Below are positions 47,137 to 58,122 of a stretch of DNA of 64,000 nucleotides, one piece after another; within the stretch, counting starts at the first letter, position 1, and every line of letters starts with the position of its first letter. The stretch is taken from positions 1-64,000 of IMG/VR virus record IMGVR_UViG_3300042691_016420. One strand, written 5' to 3'. The translations under genes and the position numbers were made by a program. Under the pieces are notes generated by a model. The model saw only the letters and a program-made list of their open reading frames with translations, was not told the origin of the DNA and did not search any database. The stretch is from a virus.

Positions 47137-49134
47137 TTATTTTCTCTTATACGCTTTAGCTTTCTTTAAACCTTTAGCTGCAGTTTTGCTAGCAGTTTTG
47201 GGCACTAATTTAAGCAATCCATCAATATCTTTAATATCATAATTTATACCTAGATCTCTTAGAGTTTGTAGTCTCTGCTCATCAGCAGCTCTTTGTCCTG
47301 CCATTTCCTGAGCAACTTCAGTAGCACTATCAATCTTTTGACCTAACCCAATAAGTTGTTGATCATAAGCAGCTCTACCCATAGCTCTTTGTTGAGCATA
47401 TTGATTTCTAAGACCAAGATTTGCTTGAGCTTCAACATTGCCTAAGTCTATATTCTTATTAGCAATATCCTGTCTAGCAAGAGTATCTTGGATTACAGCA
47501 TCATTAGCTGCCTTCATTCTAGCAGCAGATAAGTTTCCTGCTTGTGCAAGATATCTGCCAGCATCTCCTCCTACAATATCTCTAGCACCTTCTCTGCCTG
47601 CTTGTTCAGCAAGTTGTATTTCTCTAAGAGTCTTAGGTAATTGAGAAGCATAATTATATCTACCTAACTTTAAGTAGTTTTCAGGAACACCTTCTATACC
47701 TTTACCAAGAATAGAAGTTCTTGCAGCAATCTCAGCCATAGCTGGCATATTAGCTAAGAAGTTACCCTTTCTCTTATTTCCTGCAAAAGTATCATTCTTA
47801 TCCTCAGGTTCTGGTGGAAGAGTAGGAGTAATATCATCTTTAGGTTTTTCTTTTTCTCCACCTACTGGTTTTACATCTTCCTCAAGTCCAGAAAGATAAG
47901 ATTTACCTTTATAATCAAATTTAGTTAAACCTTTATTTACAGCTTCTCTTCTTGCTGTTTCTAACTCAGCAGTAACTTTAGGAATCTTTCCACTATTAAC
48001 AGCTGCTATATAATCAGATAGAGAAAGGTTATACATTTTCTTAGCAGCTTCCTCACTCATCTCTCTACCATATCCTCCACCATAACCAAGTGCAGACTGT
48101 TCAGTAAAAGTTTTATTAGAACCAATTACTGGTCTTTTCTTAACAATGCCCTCAATTGTTTTACCTTTAGTAGATTTTTTACCAGCCTGAGCTTTATCAA
48201 CATTATCCTCAGGCATCTGTTCTATAATATTATTTAAGAGTTTATAGTTACCTTTCTTATAAGCAGCAATAGCTTGTTTATTCTTACCACCATTAGCAGT
48301 AACAATAGCAGAACCTTCTGGAATAGTTAACGCTCCAGTGCCATATTTATATGGGCTCTTACCTTCTACAGCAGAGGTAATTCTTTTAACATTAGCTCTT
48401 ATTTCATTAAGCTCCTTTGTCTCTTGCCCTTTGAGAAAAGTTTTAATACTTTCTCCTTCAGTAGCTTTACGATACTTATTACTAGCATTCATAACATCTA
48501 TTTCTCTTTGTAAAATATCTCTTCTCTGTTGTTTATAAAGATTAGTTACTTTATCTTTTTCAGCATTAGAGAGATCTTCCCAATCATAACCAAGATTTTT
48601 CTTACCAAATCTTTCTCTTTTAGTAATAACCATTTTACCATCTACTGTTTGGTATCTCTTATTACCAGGAAATACAGATTCTCCATCATAGTTATTAAAG
48701 TATTCTGTAGCTCTATCAGTAGACTTAGGAACAACTCTAGTTTTAGTTACCGGAGCTTTCTCAATATAAACTTTCTTTTCTCCAGATACAGTAGGGTAAG
48801 TTTTCTTTTTTACAGGAGTAGTGTCTTTTTTAATAGTAGTTCTAGCAGGAACAGTATCTTTCTTAATAGAGACTGCTTTAGCAGTTTTAACTTTTGCTTT
48901 AGGTAATGGAAAATCATATGGAACATCAGGAAGCTCATCAAACTCATTTGGAGGATTCATTATGTTCTCAAATTCTAACTCATTAACATCAATATCTTTT
49001 CCACCAGGTTGATACTTATATTTTTTCTTAGGATGTTTACAGCCGCAATTCTTCATGCCTTTTTTAGCTTCAGGAAGATTCTCATCTCCTCTATATTGTT
49101 TTACGGCTTTAGCCCCAGATAAAAGTTTATACAT
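47137..49134 (-). CDS. Basic cargo/ejection protein
   Basis: Lys-rich N-terminus, Q/A-rich coiled-coil C-terminus. Confidence 0.55.
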   Translation of the reverse strand: MYKLLSGAKAVKQYRGDENLPEAKKGMKNCGCKHPKKKYKYQPGGKDIDVNELEFENIMNPPNEFDELPDVPYDFPLPKAKVKTAKAVSIKKDTVPARTTIKKDTTPVKKKTYPTVSGEKKVYIEKAPVTKTRVVPKSTDRATEYFNNYDGESVFPGNKRYQTVDGKMVITKRERFGKKNLGYDWEDLSNAEKDKVTNLYKQQRRDILQREIDVMNASNKYRKATEGESIKTFLKGQETKELNEIRANVKRITSAVEGKSPYKYGTGALTIPEGSAIVTANGGKNKQAIAAYKKGNYKLLNNIIEQMPEDNVDKAQAGKKSTKGKTIEGIVKKRPVIGSNKTFTEQSALGYGGGYGREMSEEAAKKMYNLSLSDYIAAVNSGKIPKVTAELETARREAVNKGLTKFDYKGKSYLSGLEEDVKPVGGEKEKPKDDITPTLPPEPEDKNDTFAGNKRKGNFLANMPAMAEIAARTSILGKGIEGVPENYLKLGRYNYASQLPKTLREIQLAEQAGREGARDIVGGDAGRYLAQAGNLSAARMKAANDAVIQDTLARQDIANKNIDLGNVEAQANLGLRNQYAQQRAMGRAAYDQQLIGLGQKIDSATEVAQEMAGQRAADEQRLQTLRDLGINYDIKDIDGLLKLVPKTASKTAAKGLKKAKAYKRK

Positions 49135-49652
49135 TATTTACCAGCTTTAATTTTCTTTTCTTGCTTAAGCATCTCAGGAGTAGGTTTTTTACCAGAACCT
49201 TTATTAGCTCTGATATTATCCCAAAGACCTCTCTGAGAAGTAGAACCATCAGCTCTCTTAATCATCTCCTTCTTCTTAAACTTAATGCTCTTAGTTCCCT
49301 CAGCATATTTCATACCTTTAGAACCACACATTTTAGAATCAGTTTTCATAGACTTGCTACCATTCTTAATTACACCTCTGCCTTTAAGAATATCAGCTCT
49401 TGTAACTTGTCCATCACCAGTTAAGTCTGGAAAAGAACCTTTTTTAGCACCAACAGATTTAGAACCATCCTCATGTTTCCACTTGGCTGCATTCTGTGCA
49501 AAGATAGCTCTCTTCTTAGTAATAGGATTCTTACTATGAGTAAGTTCTTCTGTAGTCTTACCAGTAGCTTTTTTGGTAGCTGTAAACTTACCTCTGTTCT
49601 CTGGTTTAATGTAAATACCAGAGTTTCCTTTTTTGTTCATCTTGAATTTCAT
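49134..49652 (-). CDS. Small highly basic modular protein
   Basis: Modules IYIKPENRGKF...FAQNAAKW; DLTGDGQVTRADI; RGLWDNIRA. Confidence 0.55.
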   Translation of the reverse strand: MKFKMNKKGNSGIYIKPENRGKFTATKKATGKTTEELTHSKNPITKKRAIFAQNAAKWKHEDGSKSVGAKKGSFPDLTGDGQVTRADILKGRGVIKNGSKSMKTDSKMCGSKGMKYAEGTKSIKFKKKEMIKRADGSTSQRGLWDNIRANKGSGKKPTPEMLKQEKKIKAGK

Positions 49653-49669
49653 AACTTTATTTTACGTTT

Positions 49670-50815
49670 TTAACAGTTCCACTTTCTAAGAGCAAGAGCT
49701 TTTCTTGTAGGCTTACCATTCTTTTCCATAGGTCCCTTAACACCAGACATTCTAGCACAAAAGGATTTTCTTCTATTAGCTGCTTTAGAACCTGGCTTAA
49801 GTTTAGATGGTGGAGTAGTAACAGCCATCTTTAGATTACCTCCAGTAGCCCTATTATACTTATCTACACCTTTTTGAGTCAAGCCTCCCTTAGGATCTTT
49901 CTCTTTTCTACTAAAGGATAGAGAAACACTCTTGCTCCCATCCTTATACTTAATTAATGGTTTCATATCTTTACTACCTTGTTTCTTTTTATTTAATGGT
50001 TTTCCTGTTTTAGGATCATAATATACTCTATCATATATCTCATAGGGTTTGCCTATTTTATCTGAGTAAGGAACATCAAAATCATATGTATCATAGATTG
50101 AGTAATAGTTTCCTTTTTTATCTTTACCTTTAGAATAAGTTACATTTTGTAAAGGTCTAAAAGAAGATTCTACACCTGTTCTCTTAGTTGGAGTATCTTT
50201 ATTTCCAAAAATTTTATCAGAAGCTTTTTGTAAAAAGTCTTTTTCTCTAACAAAAGCTTTTGATGCATTACTTATTACTGAATCCTCAAAAGCAGGATAT
50301 GCATTTCTTACAGTATAATATTTAGTATTTTTTGTTTTATTTTCTGTAGGAGTATATTTAGATCTAGTTACTGTTTTTTCTTTCTGAGGAATTCCCATAT
50401 AAAAAGCCCATGCATCTTTATCTGCTTGAGTTACATTCTTACTTTCTTCATCAGTTACTTTTCTTCCTGAAGTAAATCTTCCAATAGCAGGTATAGTTTC
50501 TAAAAGAGGATACTCATCAGGATTTACACTATCATATATTCTTCTTCTAAGACCTTCTGATAAACCAAAAGTTCTTCCGTTATTATAATCAGCTTTAGCT
50601 TTCTTAGTTCCTTTCTGTTTAAGAGGAGTCTCTACAACATAAGGAGTGTTAAACTTGTACTGACCAGTATTAGGATATAAAGTTTTACCATTAGCTTTAA
50701 TAGGAAAAGCCATACCTTGAGTAGTAATAAGGTTAGATGGGATTACATTGACTGGATTCTTAGCAGTCTTAGCTCCCTTTAAATATCCTGTCTTATTTAC
50801 TGGTAAATTTCTCAT
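49670..50815 (-). CDS. Basic modular protein with C-terminal DUF6321-like domain
   Basis: GGLTQKG...RRKSFCARM...ALRKWNC. Confidence 0.55.
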   Translation of the reverse strand: MRNLPVNKTGYLKGAKTAKNPVNVIPSNLITTQGMAFPIKANGKTLYPNTGQYKFNTPYVVETPLKQKGTKKAKADYNNGRTFGLSEGLRRRIYDSVNPDEYPLLETIPAIGRFTSGRKVTDEESKNVTQADKDAWAFYMGIPQKEKTVTRSKYTPTENKTKNTKYYTVRNAYPAFEDSVISNASKAFVREKDFLQKASDKIFGNKDTPTKRTGVESSFRPLQNVTYSKGKDKKGNYYSIYDTYDFDVPYSDKIGKPYEIYDRVYYDPKTGKPLNKKKQGSKDMKPLIKYKDGSKSVSLSFSRKEKDPKGGLTQKGVDKYNRATGGNLKMAVTTPPSKLKPGSKAANRRKSFCARMSGVKGPMEKNGKPTRKALALRKWNC

Positions 50816-52317
50816 CTATATACCTTAACTCTTTTAGAACCTTTATTAAAATCATTCTTAGTATTGAAGGTACTCCTTGGTGGAGGTGGCTTCATCTCAT
50901 ATAACATAGGAGGATCTATAATCCTATTAGTGTCAGGATTTTCCTTTTTATGCGACCTAGGAGTCCTGATTTTCTCCTTTCTTCTCTCATCAGGAATCTG
51001 TCTTGCAACTTGATGAAGCCCAGCTCTGGGCTGAATAAATTTATTAGCAGCATTGGCAGGAGTACTACCAGTAAGATTCTGAGAAAAGGCAGCAGTATTG
51101 AGATCATCAACTTTAATTTGTTTAGCACCAACAGCCATTTTACCAGAACCTAAGAGAGATACCTTACTTCTTTTAGGCATTAAGTTATTAGTACCTTGTT
51201 TAAAAGCAGGAGCTCCCATTCCTACAGTTTCTTTATTATAATATTGAGGTAGTATATTTCTTCCTTTATAAGTTCCCTTTATCTTATTATAACCTTCATC
51301 ACTTAAAGTTCCTCCAAGAATATCAGTTATAACACCCTTTCCTCTTCCTGCAAATTTTCCTGCTTCAAAACTTCTTTTTAATTTGCCAATAAGTTTTGCC
51401 TTTTTTACTAAAGGAAGTGCTCCAGCACTTTCAAGAGCTGCATCAATAGTTGCTTCTGTACTAGGATTATTTTTTACATTTTTAATAGATCTATATGCAT
51501 CATCTGAAGATGTTACTCCAAAAGGATCAATTATTTCTACAAAATTTTCAAACCAACTATCTTTATCTTCAGTATTTTCTGATTTAGTTTTAGATTTAAC
51601 AGATTGTTTACCAGCTTGTGCTCTAGGCATAACTACAGCCTTAACTCCACCTTCCTCATGAGTAGGATCATTAGGATTATAGTATAAGAGATCTCTACTA
51701 CCATCTTTCTTCTTAGGAGAGAAGATAGGTTCTCTACCCTCTGTCTCAATAAGACGAGGTTGTTTAGTTTTAACTTTATACTTACCCTTCTTAGCTAAAG
51801 CTGCTTGTACATCTGTAGAAGAACCCTCAGTATATCTTTTATTTATATTAGCAATCCTAGTAGCTTCTTCAGCTTTCTGAGCTTCTTCCTTAACTTTCTC
51901 TTGAGTAGTTTTACCAAATGGATTCTTCATACCAAGAGCTTGTAATCCTGCAGTAATTGGAACTTTGCTAAATAAATCTGCAGCAGCTGTTTTATCACCT
52001 GTAAGTGCAGAAAGTGCTTGACCAGCTGTTTCCATAGGATTAAGTCCCGTAGAAAGAATTTCAGAAAATTTATTTTTATAATTTCCTTTAGAATCTTTAA
52101 GTGCTGCATTAGAGATTGCACTTACTCCTTGCAATGCACTACCCAAACCTGGCATAGCTATATTAGCAGCAGTAGCTGCAATATTTCCTCCTACTTGGTT
52201 TTTAGCATCTTGTTCTTGTCTTAGTTTATAAGCAGTATGATAGGGAGGAGTATCTTCCTCTATTCTTTGAACCCCTCCTTGGAATTTATATTTATTTCTT
52301 AATATTTTTCTTTTCAT
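50812..52317 (-). CDS. Basic cargo protein
   Basis: Ala/Gly-rich amphipathic segment, IETEGRE...PTHEEGGV module. Confidence 0.55.
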   Translation of the reverse strand: MKRKILRNKYKFQGGVQRIEEDTPPYHTAYKLRQEQDAKNQVGGNIAATAANIAMPGLGSALQGVSAISNAALKDSKGNYKNKFSEILSTGLNPMETAGQALSALTGDKTAAADLFSKVPITAGLQALGMKNPFGKTTQEKVKEEAQKAEEATRIANINKRYTEGSSTDVQAALAKKGKYKVKTKQPRLIETEGREPIFSPKKKDGSRDLLYYNPNDPTHEEGGVKAVVMPRAQAGKQSVKSKTKSENTEDKDSWFENFVEIIDPFGVTSSDDAYRSIKNVKNNPSTEATIDAALESAGALPLVKKAKLIGKLKRSFEAGKFAGRGKGVITDILGGTLSDEGYNKIKGTYKGRNILPQYYNKETVGMGAPAFKQGTNNLMPKRSKVSLLGSGKMAVGAKQIKVDDLNTAAFSQNLTGSTPANAANKFIQPRAGLHQVARQIPDERRKEKIRTPRSHKKENPDTNRIIDPPMLYEMKPPPPRSTFNTKNDFNKGSKRVKVYR

Positions 52318-52319
52318 GT

Positions 52320-55300
52320 TTATGCTACAGAAGGTTTGAAGAAAGTCTTAACGTAATTTAAAACTAAGGGTTTATCCTGATTATACGAGAGCTTAGTGTA
52401 CAGAAACTTACCTTTCATATGTGCTCTAAAGTCTGCATTAATATCTAGATTACTGCTCTCAAAAATATTTACATAAGGATCTACTACAGCATCTAGTGGT
52501 AATTCTGCATGGAAAGAACTTCTATAATAATTTGTAGGTACTTTAGTAGCATCATAATTATTTAAGAAGTTATTCTCAAAATCATCAGAATATGCAAAAG
52601 GAAGTTCTGTACTATTTTGTCTATCTGTCCAACAATGAATAGTTGAGAAAGATTCATCATTAAAGATATAACTGTTAGGTTCTACAAATCCTGGAGAATT
52701 TATTCCTTGATTTCCACCTGACATGGTATTCATCTCTATCCTATCAAATCTCTTAAATGCATCAGGTTGAGTATTCTCTACAAAAGTTATATAAGAGTTC
52801 TTTCTAATTCCATTTGGATTATCCATGTTATAAAAACTATTCTCATTATTTCTCCAAGCATATGAGGAACCATTTATTGTAAAGTAAGCATTGGGAGAAA
52901 AGTCATGAAGGGATGTCCATGTTTGAGTCTTAGGATAGAAAGAGATGGCTTTTTCCTGAGTAATATTATTAATTAAGAGTCTCTTATTAGCCCAATCATA
53001 TCCCATAGTATACTTATCATTAGTATTTACAAATCCTCTAAAGAATGAGAAAAGTCCTAAATCTGATATTTCTACAGGGGCATCTCCAGCAAATAAGAAT
53101 ACCTTACCTTGTTTATGGTCTAAGAACACTCTACCAAATGGAGTATTGGTTCCACTCTTATCAAGTGTGCCCATATAACCTCCTTTAATATCAAGGATAA
53201 GTTTAGATGGAAGTTGGAATACTCCAGCATTACCAAGTATTACTTGACCTTGAGATGTAGCTTGAGTAGTATTAGGATTAAAGTAAGAAAGCCATAATCC
53301 ATATTCTGTATGATGAAAGAAGTTATTATTGAATACAAAAGTATCTGTAATTTCTCCTCTATGTCTAGGTACATCATGAAAACTATTAGGAGAAAAATAT
53401 CTATACTGATCTACCAACTCACTCTCAAAAGATTGTGAGGAATATATACTTCTATTTTTATACTCTTGTATCTCATTAAAGAATAAAGGTTTAGGAAAAC
53501 TTAACTTTAATCCTGTAAGAGAAGAATATTGTTTATTATAACCAGTACTTACTTTCCACCATTCAAAATTAAATAGTCCAAAATTAGTTTCCTGATCATT
53601 TACAATATACTTGTAATTAGGGTAGAATGGAACTTTACCATCTTCTGTGTGTCTAAGAGAATAGTTATTCTTAGACTCTACATAAACTCCCATCATACAA
53701 TGTCCTTCTACTGTCTCATTAGTAGTTTTTCCAACAAGTTTATCATAAAAATTAAAGAAGTATTTACTTATATAAATATCCCCCTCAAGTTCTGCTGTTG
53801 TTGGTAAATTATTACCATCACCTATTACAACAACTGCCGGAGTATATTCTGCATTTTCTAACTTACCATATTGAAACTCATTATCATTAATGATTCTAGA
53901 TAAATTGATGCTTAATCTTTGAGTCTCATCTAAATCTTCATAATGATAACCAGGATTAAACATTGAAAAATCATCTTCCTCTTCAAAATCTTCTATTTGA
54001 TTAACAATAAATTGAGGGTCTAAGTAATATTTACTTTCAGCATTAGAGTTGTCATCAAAAAAATGTGAGTCTGAAGTTTTTAAGTGTATATATTGAGATG
54101 AAAATTTAATTGTAATTTTACTATCAATAACTATATTATTCTCAGAACCAATATTTGTAATATATTCTGCATCTTGTATATTTACTAAATTGCCTTTATT
54201 AGAGATAAACTCATTAAACTCAAAGAATAAGTTGGCATACAAAAGAGTATCAGTTCTTTGAGCATTTCTATCTGTACAAATAGGAATTGTTAATTTAACA
54301 TAGAAAGGATCAGGGCCATAAGTTAAATACCATGCAAAATAAGGCCCATCAACTTCAGGATTTCCTGAATGAATTATAAGATTATTACCATACCCTACTC
54401 TTTGTATTTTATATCCTGCCTTTACTTTACTAGCATCTAATAGTGTATCTGGAGAATGATACATTGCATAGGTTCTATTAGTAAACCATCTAGGGGCCCA
54501 TGTATAAGCTTGCACACTATCTTCACCCTCACCGCTTCCAACACTTTCTCTGTGGAATACACTGCCTGTCCAAAGGTTGCCTATATACTTATCATTGTTA
54601 TACTCATTCTGAAGATAAGGTCTTGAGAAACCATTATCAATTATTCTAGTATTAGTATCATTATTTCTAGGTTGAAAGCCAATTACATATCCTTGAATAT
54701 TAGCTTTCTGTTCATCAGTAAAGTTTATATTCTCAGCTCTAACCCTAAGTATATTTATATAATCCTCATCACCAATATATCCAGTTTGATCATAGTCTGG
54801 CATTTGATGATGTCTAATTCTTCCTGTTAAACCAACCTCTTGATATTTTTCTGTATACTCTTCTTTTGAGTACCAAACTGCTAGTGTAGGAATATTTACA
54901 TTAGGAGTAAGATTTCCTGGAATATGATATGCAAATCCTAAACTACCATCTTTATAAATTGGTGTAATTGAGAATGAGTAAATTTCTTCTCTCTGAAAAC
55001 CTTTTAATACTGAAGGGTCAGCATAAACATTAGTTTTCTGAAAGTTTTGATCTCTAGAAATATTTACAGTTTGATTGGTTGTAGTATTTATAAGTGAGTA
55101 TATTCTATCACTTCCTGGAAAAAAACTCCCTATTATTTCATTTGGCCAATTTAATCCTCCATTTGATTTTCTAACAGATAAAAAGTTTCTTCTTGTATCT
55201 ACAGATTTTTCATCTATAAACCAATATAACTTAATATTGTTAGCAACTTCTTGAAAACCAGCATCATATTTCTTACTAGTAATATTAGATAGTACAAGAA

Positions 55301-56264
55301 TATTATCTTTCTGTTCTATACATTTTGCACTATTAACATTTACAGGTATTTCTAATAATGCACTCTCACTAACATCCTGCAAATATTGAGATTCATTGCT
55401 AAATGATATTTCTAAGTTTTCCCTTATCTCAAATAAACCTAAACTTTTTATAGAGAGAACATTTGTTAAACCTATATATGTAATTACAACAGGTTCAATG
55501 TATTGATAGTTTTCATCAAGATTTTGTAAACTTATTAATATTCTTTGATTACTATTACTTTGAGGTGGAGCTCCAGTTACTTTATCATTATATATTTGAG
55601 TACCATTAGATACATCGGGTACACCAGGAACAATATTTATAAATCTAGAAGGTATGTTAAAAGCAGTTTTATTATTCTCACTTGTAGCATATCTAAATGC
55701 AAATGAGTATGTCCCTGTTGGAAGAGTTCCTCCTTGTTGAACTGAGTAATTAGCATATGGCATTTTATAACTCAGTTGTAAATCCCAATCTTCAAGAGTA
55801 TTATATATATCTGAGTTGTATTCTAAATCTTGAAATTGAGTAACATTAAATCTTCTAGGTTTATTACCCTCCTCAACAAAATATACTACAATTTCATTTT
55901 TAGAATTTATTCTAGCTACAGAATCTATCTCTTTTTCAAAATTTAATTTATAAGGAGTAAAAAAGTCATTAAAGATTCTCTCATAAACTCCATTCTGAAA
56001 TAAACCTATCTCAGAATATTTATTACCATCATTACCTAATTGTTGAAAGAAAATAATAAATAAGTCTTGTACAGGACAAGAACCTAAATATGTATAGGAA
56101 GCAGCATCTTCTAAGGTTTTAGTAATACTCTCTAACTCCTCATTAGTAAGTCTACCACTATCATTCCTAATCCAGTTATAGGCATCAACATAACTACCCT
56201 CTGGTTGCATCTGAGGGCTATTGCTTCTGTGCAATCCTTTCTCAAAACTATTAGTACCTTCCAT
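52320..56264 (-). CDS. Tail stabilization/muzzle protein
   Basis: 1314 aa; NSFEKGL N-terminus, FQREEIYSF.I, WTSLHDF, HMKGKF; position after tail tubular gene. Confidence 0.75.
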   Translation of the reverse strand: MEGTNSFEKGLHRSNSPQMQPEGSYVDAYNWIRNDSGRLTNEELESITKTLEDAASYTYLGSCPVQDLFIIFFQQLGNDGNKYSEIGLFQNGVYERIFNDFFTPYKLNFEKEIDSVARINSKNEIVVYFVEEGNKPRRFNVTQFQDLEYNSDIYNTLEDWDLQLSYKMPYANYSVQQGGTLPTGTYSFAFRYATSENNKTAFNIPSRFINIVPGVPDVSNGTQIYNDKVTGAPPQSNSNQRILISLQNLDENYQYIEPVVITYIGLTNVLSIKSLGLFEIRENLEISFSNESQYLQDVSESALLEIPVNVNSAKCIEQKDNILVLSNITSKKYDAGFQEVANNIKLYWFIDEKSVDTRRNFLSVRKSNGGLNWPNEIIGSFFPGSDRIYSLINTTTNQTVNISRDQNFQKTNVYADPSVLKGFQREEIYSFSITPIYKDGSLGFAYHIPGNLTPNVNIPTLAVWYSKEEYTEKYQEVGLTGRIRHHQMPDYDQTGYIGDEDYINILRVRAENINFTDEQKANIQGYVIGFQPRNNDTNTRIIDNGFSRPYLQNEYNNDKYIGNLWTGSVFHRESVGSGEGEDSVQAYTWAPRWFTNRTYAMYHSPDTLLDASKVKAGYKIQRVGYGNNLIIHSGNPEVDGPYFAWYLTYGPDPFYVKLTIPICTDRNAQRTDTLLYANLFFEFNEFISNKGNLVNIQDAEYITNIGSENNIVIDSKITIKFSSQYIHLKTSDSHFFDDNSNAESKYYLDPQFIVNQIEDFEEEDDFSMFNPGYHYEDLDETQRLSINLSRIINDNEFQYGKLENAEYTPAVVVIGDGNNLPTTAELEGDIYISKYFFNFYDKLVGKTTNETVEGHCMMGVYVESKNNYSLRHTEDGKVPFYPNYKYIVNDQETNFGLFNFEWWKVSTGYNKQYSSLTGLKLSFPKPLFFNEIQEYKNRSIYSSQSFESELVDQYRYFSPNSFHDVPRHRGEITDTFVFNNNFFHHTEYGLWLSYFNPNTTQATSQGQVILGNAGVFQLPSKLILDIKGGYMGTLDKSGTNTPFGRVFLDHKQGKVFLFAGDAPVEISDLGLFSFFRGFVNTNDKYTMGYDWANKRLLINNITQEKAISFYPKTQTWTSLHDFSPNAYFTINGSSYAWRNNENSFYNMDNPNGIRKNSYITFVENTQPDAFKRFDRIEMNTMSGGNQGINSPGFVEPNSYIFNDESFSTIHCWTDRQNSTELPFAYSDDFENNFLNNYDATKVPTNYYRSSFHAELPLDAVVDPYVNIFESSNLDINADFRAHMKGKFLYTKLSYNQDKPLVLNYVKTFFKPSVA

Positions 56265-56269
56265 AAATT

Positions 56270-57079
56270 CTATCTAAATCTTCCGTGTCTATTTTGTTGT
56301 TGCATAATACCCAAGTACCTGAATGAGGTATAGTAATGATTGGTAATTGGAAGAAGCCTCATATTCTCATTAGAGAGTCTTTGCATCATATGAATATCTG
56401 GCATTCTACCCTCTGTTCTAGCTTGCAGACAGTATCTGTTCCACTTCTGCTCAAAGAACATCATCTTAAATTCTGGATTCTTAAACTTGTATCCCTGATA
56501 GGAGAGTTGCTTACAGCAATACCATTGTAAAGCTTCTATAAAAGCTTCCAAGTCTGGGATAAGTGGTAACTCATTCTCATCTGTAGGAACTGCCCAGTAT
56601 TGCATAGTAATAGTTCCTTTCTCAAGATTAAAGAGGAAGCAGTTATTCTCAATTCTATAATCTAAAACTGAGTTCCAAGTCAAATCATTCTCAGGAGTTA
56701 GCCAGTTATTTACAGAATGTCTAATGGAGTTATTAAAGGGGTTATACTGTTGTGTAGGATCATAAAAGTTTACTCTCCTATTAGCATAGATGTAGGAAGT
56801 CTCAAGATAATTAGGAAGTCTAGTCTCCTCTACAAAAGTTTCTTGAGTACCATCAGGAGTTTCAACTTTTAACCATCTCAAGAAGTTAACCATATCACAA
56901 GGAATCTCTGCCCTGTAATCAGATATCTCAAGAACTTTTTCCTTTAGTACTTGTGGATAATCTCCACCAATATGCTGCAATGCAGCAGCTATCCATTCAT
57001 AACAATCAGCTATTGGGAGTGGTTCCACCACCAGTTGTTCTAGCCTGTATATTACTGTATTTATGCTTGCTAACTTCAT
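56270..57079 (-). CDS. Tail tubular/ring protein (P22 gp4-like)
   Basis: EWIAAAL, YWAVPTDENELPLIPD, W..YC.QAR; start at ATG 57079. Confidence 0.7.
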   Translation of the reverse strand: MKLASINTVIYRLEQLVVEPLPIADCYEWIAAALQHIGGDYPQVLKEKVLEISDYRAEIPCDMVNFLRWLKVETPDGTQETFVEETRLPNYLETSYIYANRRVNFYDPTQQYNPFNNSIRHSVNNWLTPENDLTWNSVLDYRIENNCFLFNLEKGTITMQYWAVPTDENELPLIPDLEAFIEALQWYCCKQLSYQGYKFKNPEFKMMFFEQKWNRYCLQARTEGRMPDIHMMQRLSNENMRLLPITNHYYTSFRYLGIMQQQNRHGRFR

Positions 57080-57473
57080 AATATAATTTATACGCATCTA
57101 TATTCTGAAGTATATAAGCAGCTAGAGATCTAGCTAAGACTCTGACTGTCTTAAACTTGTATCTATTAAAGATACCTTTGGGAGTAAAGTTTACCATACA
57201 AGCATAACCATTAGTATGCTCATTTAAGTGTCTAATAGTATAACCCTCTTCTCTGGTAGCTTTAAAGTCTATAGGTTTTTTCTTAAACTCTCTAGTAGGT
57301 TTAAAGCGTATTACCTCAAAGGTTCCTAGAGGTGTTTCTATTGTTTTACCTTTAAATAGGTGAGAATAGAATACCTTCTGAAACTCTCTAAGAATTTCAT
57401 CATAAGGTAAGTGTTTTAAGTTTGGGTTTTCAATAAGGAAATTTCCCTTATTGTTGACTTCCATCATTTTCAT
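57006..57473 (-). CDS. HU/IHF-like protein of the crAss structural block
   Basis: GKTIETPLGTFEV, PIDFKAT, HLNEHTNGY; start probably 57473/57467. Confidence 0.6.
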   Translation of the reverse strand: MKMMEVNNKGNFLIENPNLKHLPYDEILREFQKVFYSHLFKGKTIETPLGTFEVIRFKPTREFKKKPIDFKATREEGYTIRHLNEHTNGYACMVNFTPKGIFNRYKFKTVRVLARSLAAYILQNIDAYKLYYEVSKHKYSNIQARTTGGGTTPNS

Positions 57474-58104
57474 GGTCTTTAGGAATAGCAAAGGTAAACT
57501 TAAACTCTGATTCCTCAAGCATTCTAATGATGGTAGATAGCATATTATTAGAGATAGGATAATCCCACTCTTGTCCTTGAAATGGAGCAATCTTACCAGC
57601 TAATTTTGCAACTAACTCTGGTTCCTCAAATACTCCTCTAACAAGTATTTTCTTAACTGTACAAGTAGGAGGAAACTTTAAGTATATCTTATTTTCTCTA
57701 GCAAACCATCTAGGAAATCTACCTGCATGTCTGGTATAAGCTACTGATTTAAGGGACTGTAAATCTAATTGTGTCCATCTATCCTCAAAGTCTGCTCTAC
57801 CTACATAAGTTAAGTAATCATGCATATGGCCTTCTATAGGTTTAGGTATCTCAATAGTAGTTCTAAGAATTCTATCCTTAGTATCAAAACCAATACCTTT
57901 ATCTACTTTCTCAAGATCTAAAGTTAGCTCTTGTATAATAAATGGAGATAAAGGTCTACCTTTCTCCATATCCTGTCTAATAAGAAAAGACCTATAGTAA
58001 TTCAAGATAAAGAGTACTTGTCTATCAGATAGTGGGTTATCATCTGACTGGGAGAACTTACTCCTTAGTTCTTGAATGGTATATATTATCTTAGATAGCA
58101 ACAT
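57448..58104 (-). CDS. Tail ring protein
   Basis: SDDNPLSDRQV...YRSFLI, VRGVFEEP, YPI. Confidence 0.65.
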   Translation of the reverse strand: MLLSKIIYTIQELRSKFSQSDDNPLSDRQVLFILNYYRSFLIRQDMEKGRPLSPFIIQELTLDLEKVDKGIGFDTKDRILRTTIEIPKPIEGHMHDYLTYVGRADFEDRWTQLDLQSLKSVAYTRHAGRFPRWFARENKIYLKFPPTCTVKKILVRGVFEEPELVAKLAGKIAPFQGQEWDYPISNNMLSTIIRMLEESEFKFTFAIPKDHENDGSQQ

Positions 58105-58111
58105 ATATTTT

Positions 58112-58118
58112 TTATACG
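58112..58118 (-). promoter_or_regulatory. Putative late promoter motif CGTATAA (representative copy)
   Basis: Exact copies also at 15060, 25149, 28464, 29052, 47147, 52381, 57088, 59666, 63629; this one sits between a terminator and ATG 58104. Confidence 0.6.
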
Positions 58119-58122
58119 ATAT

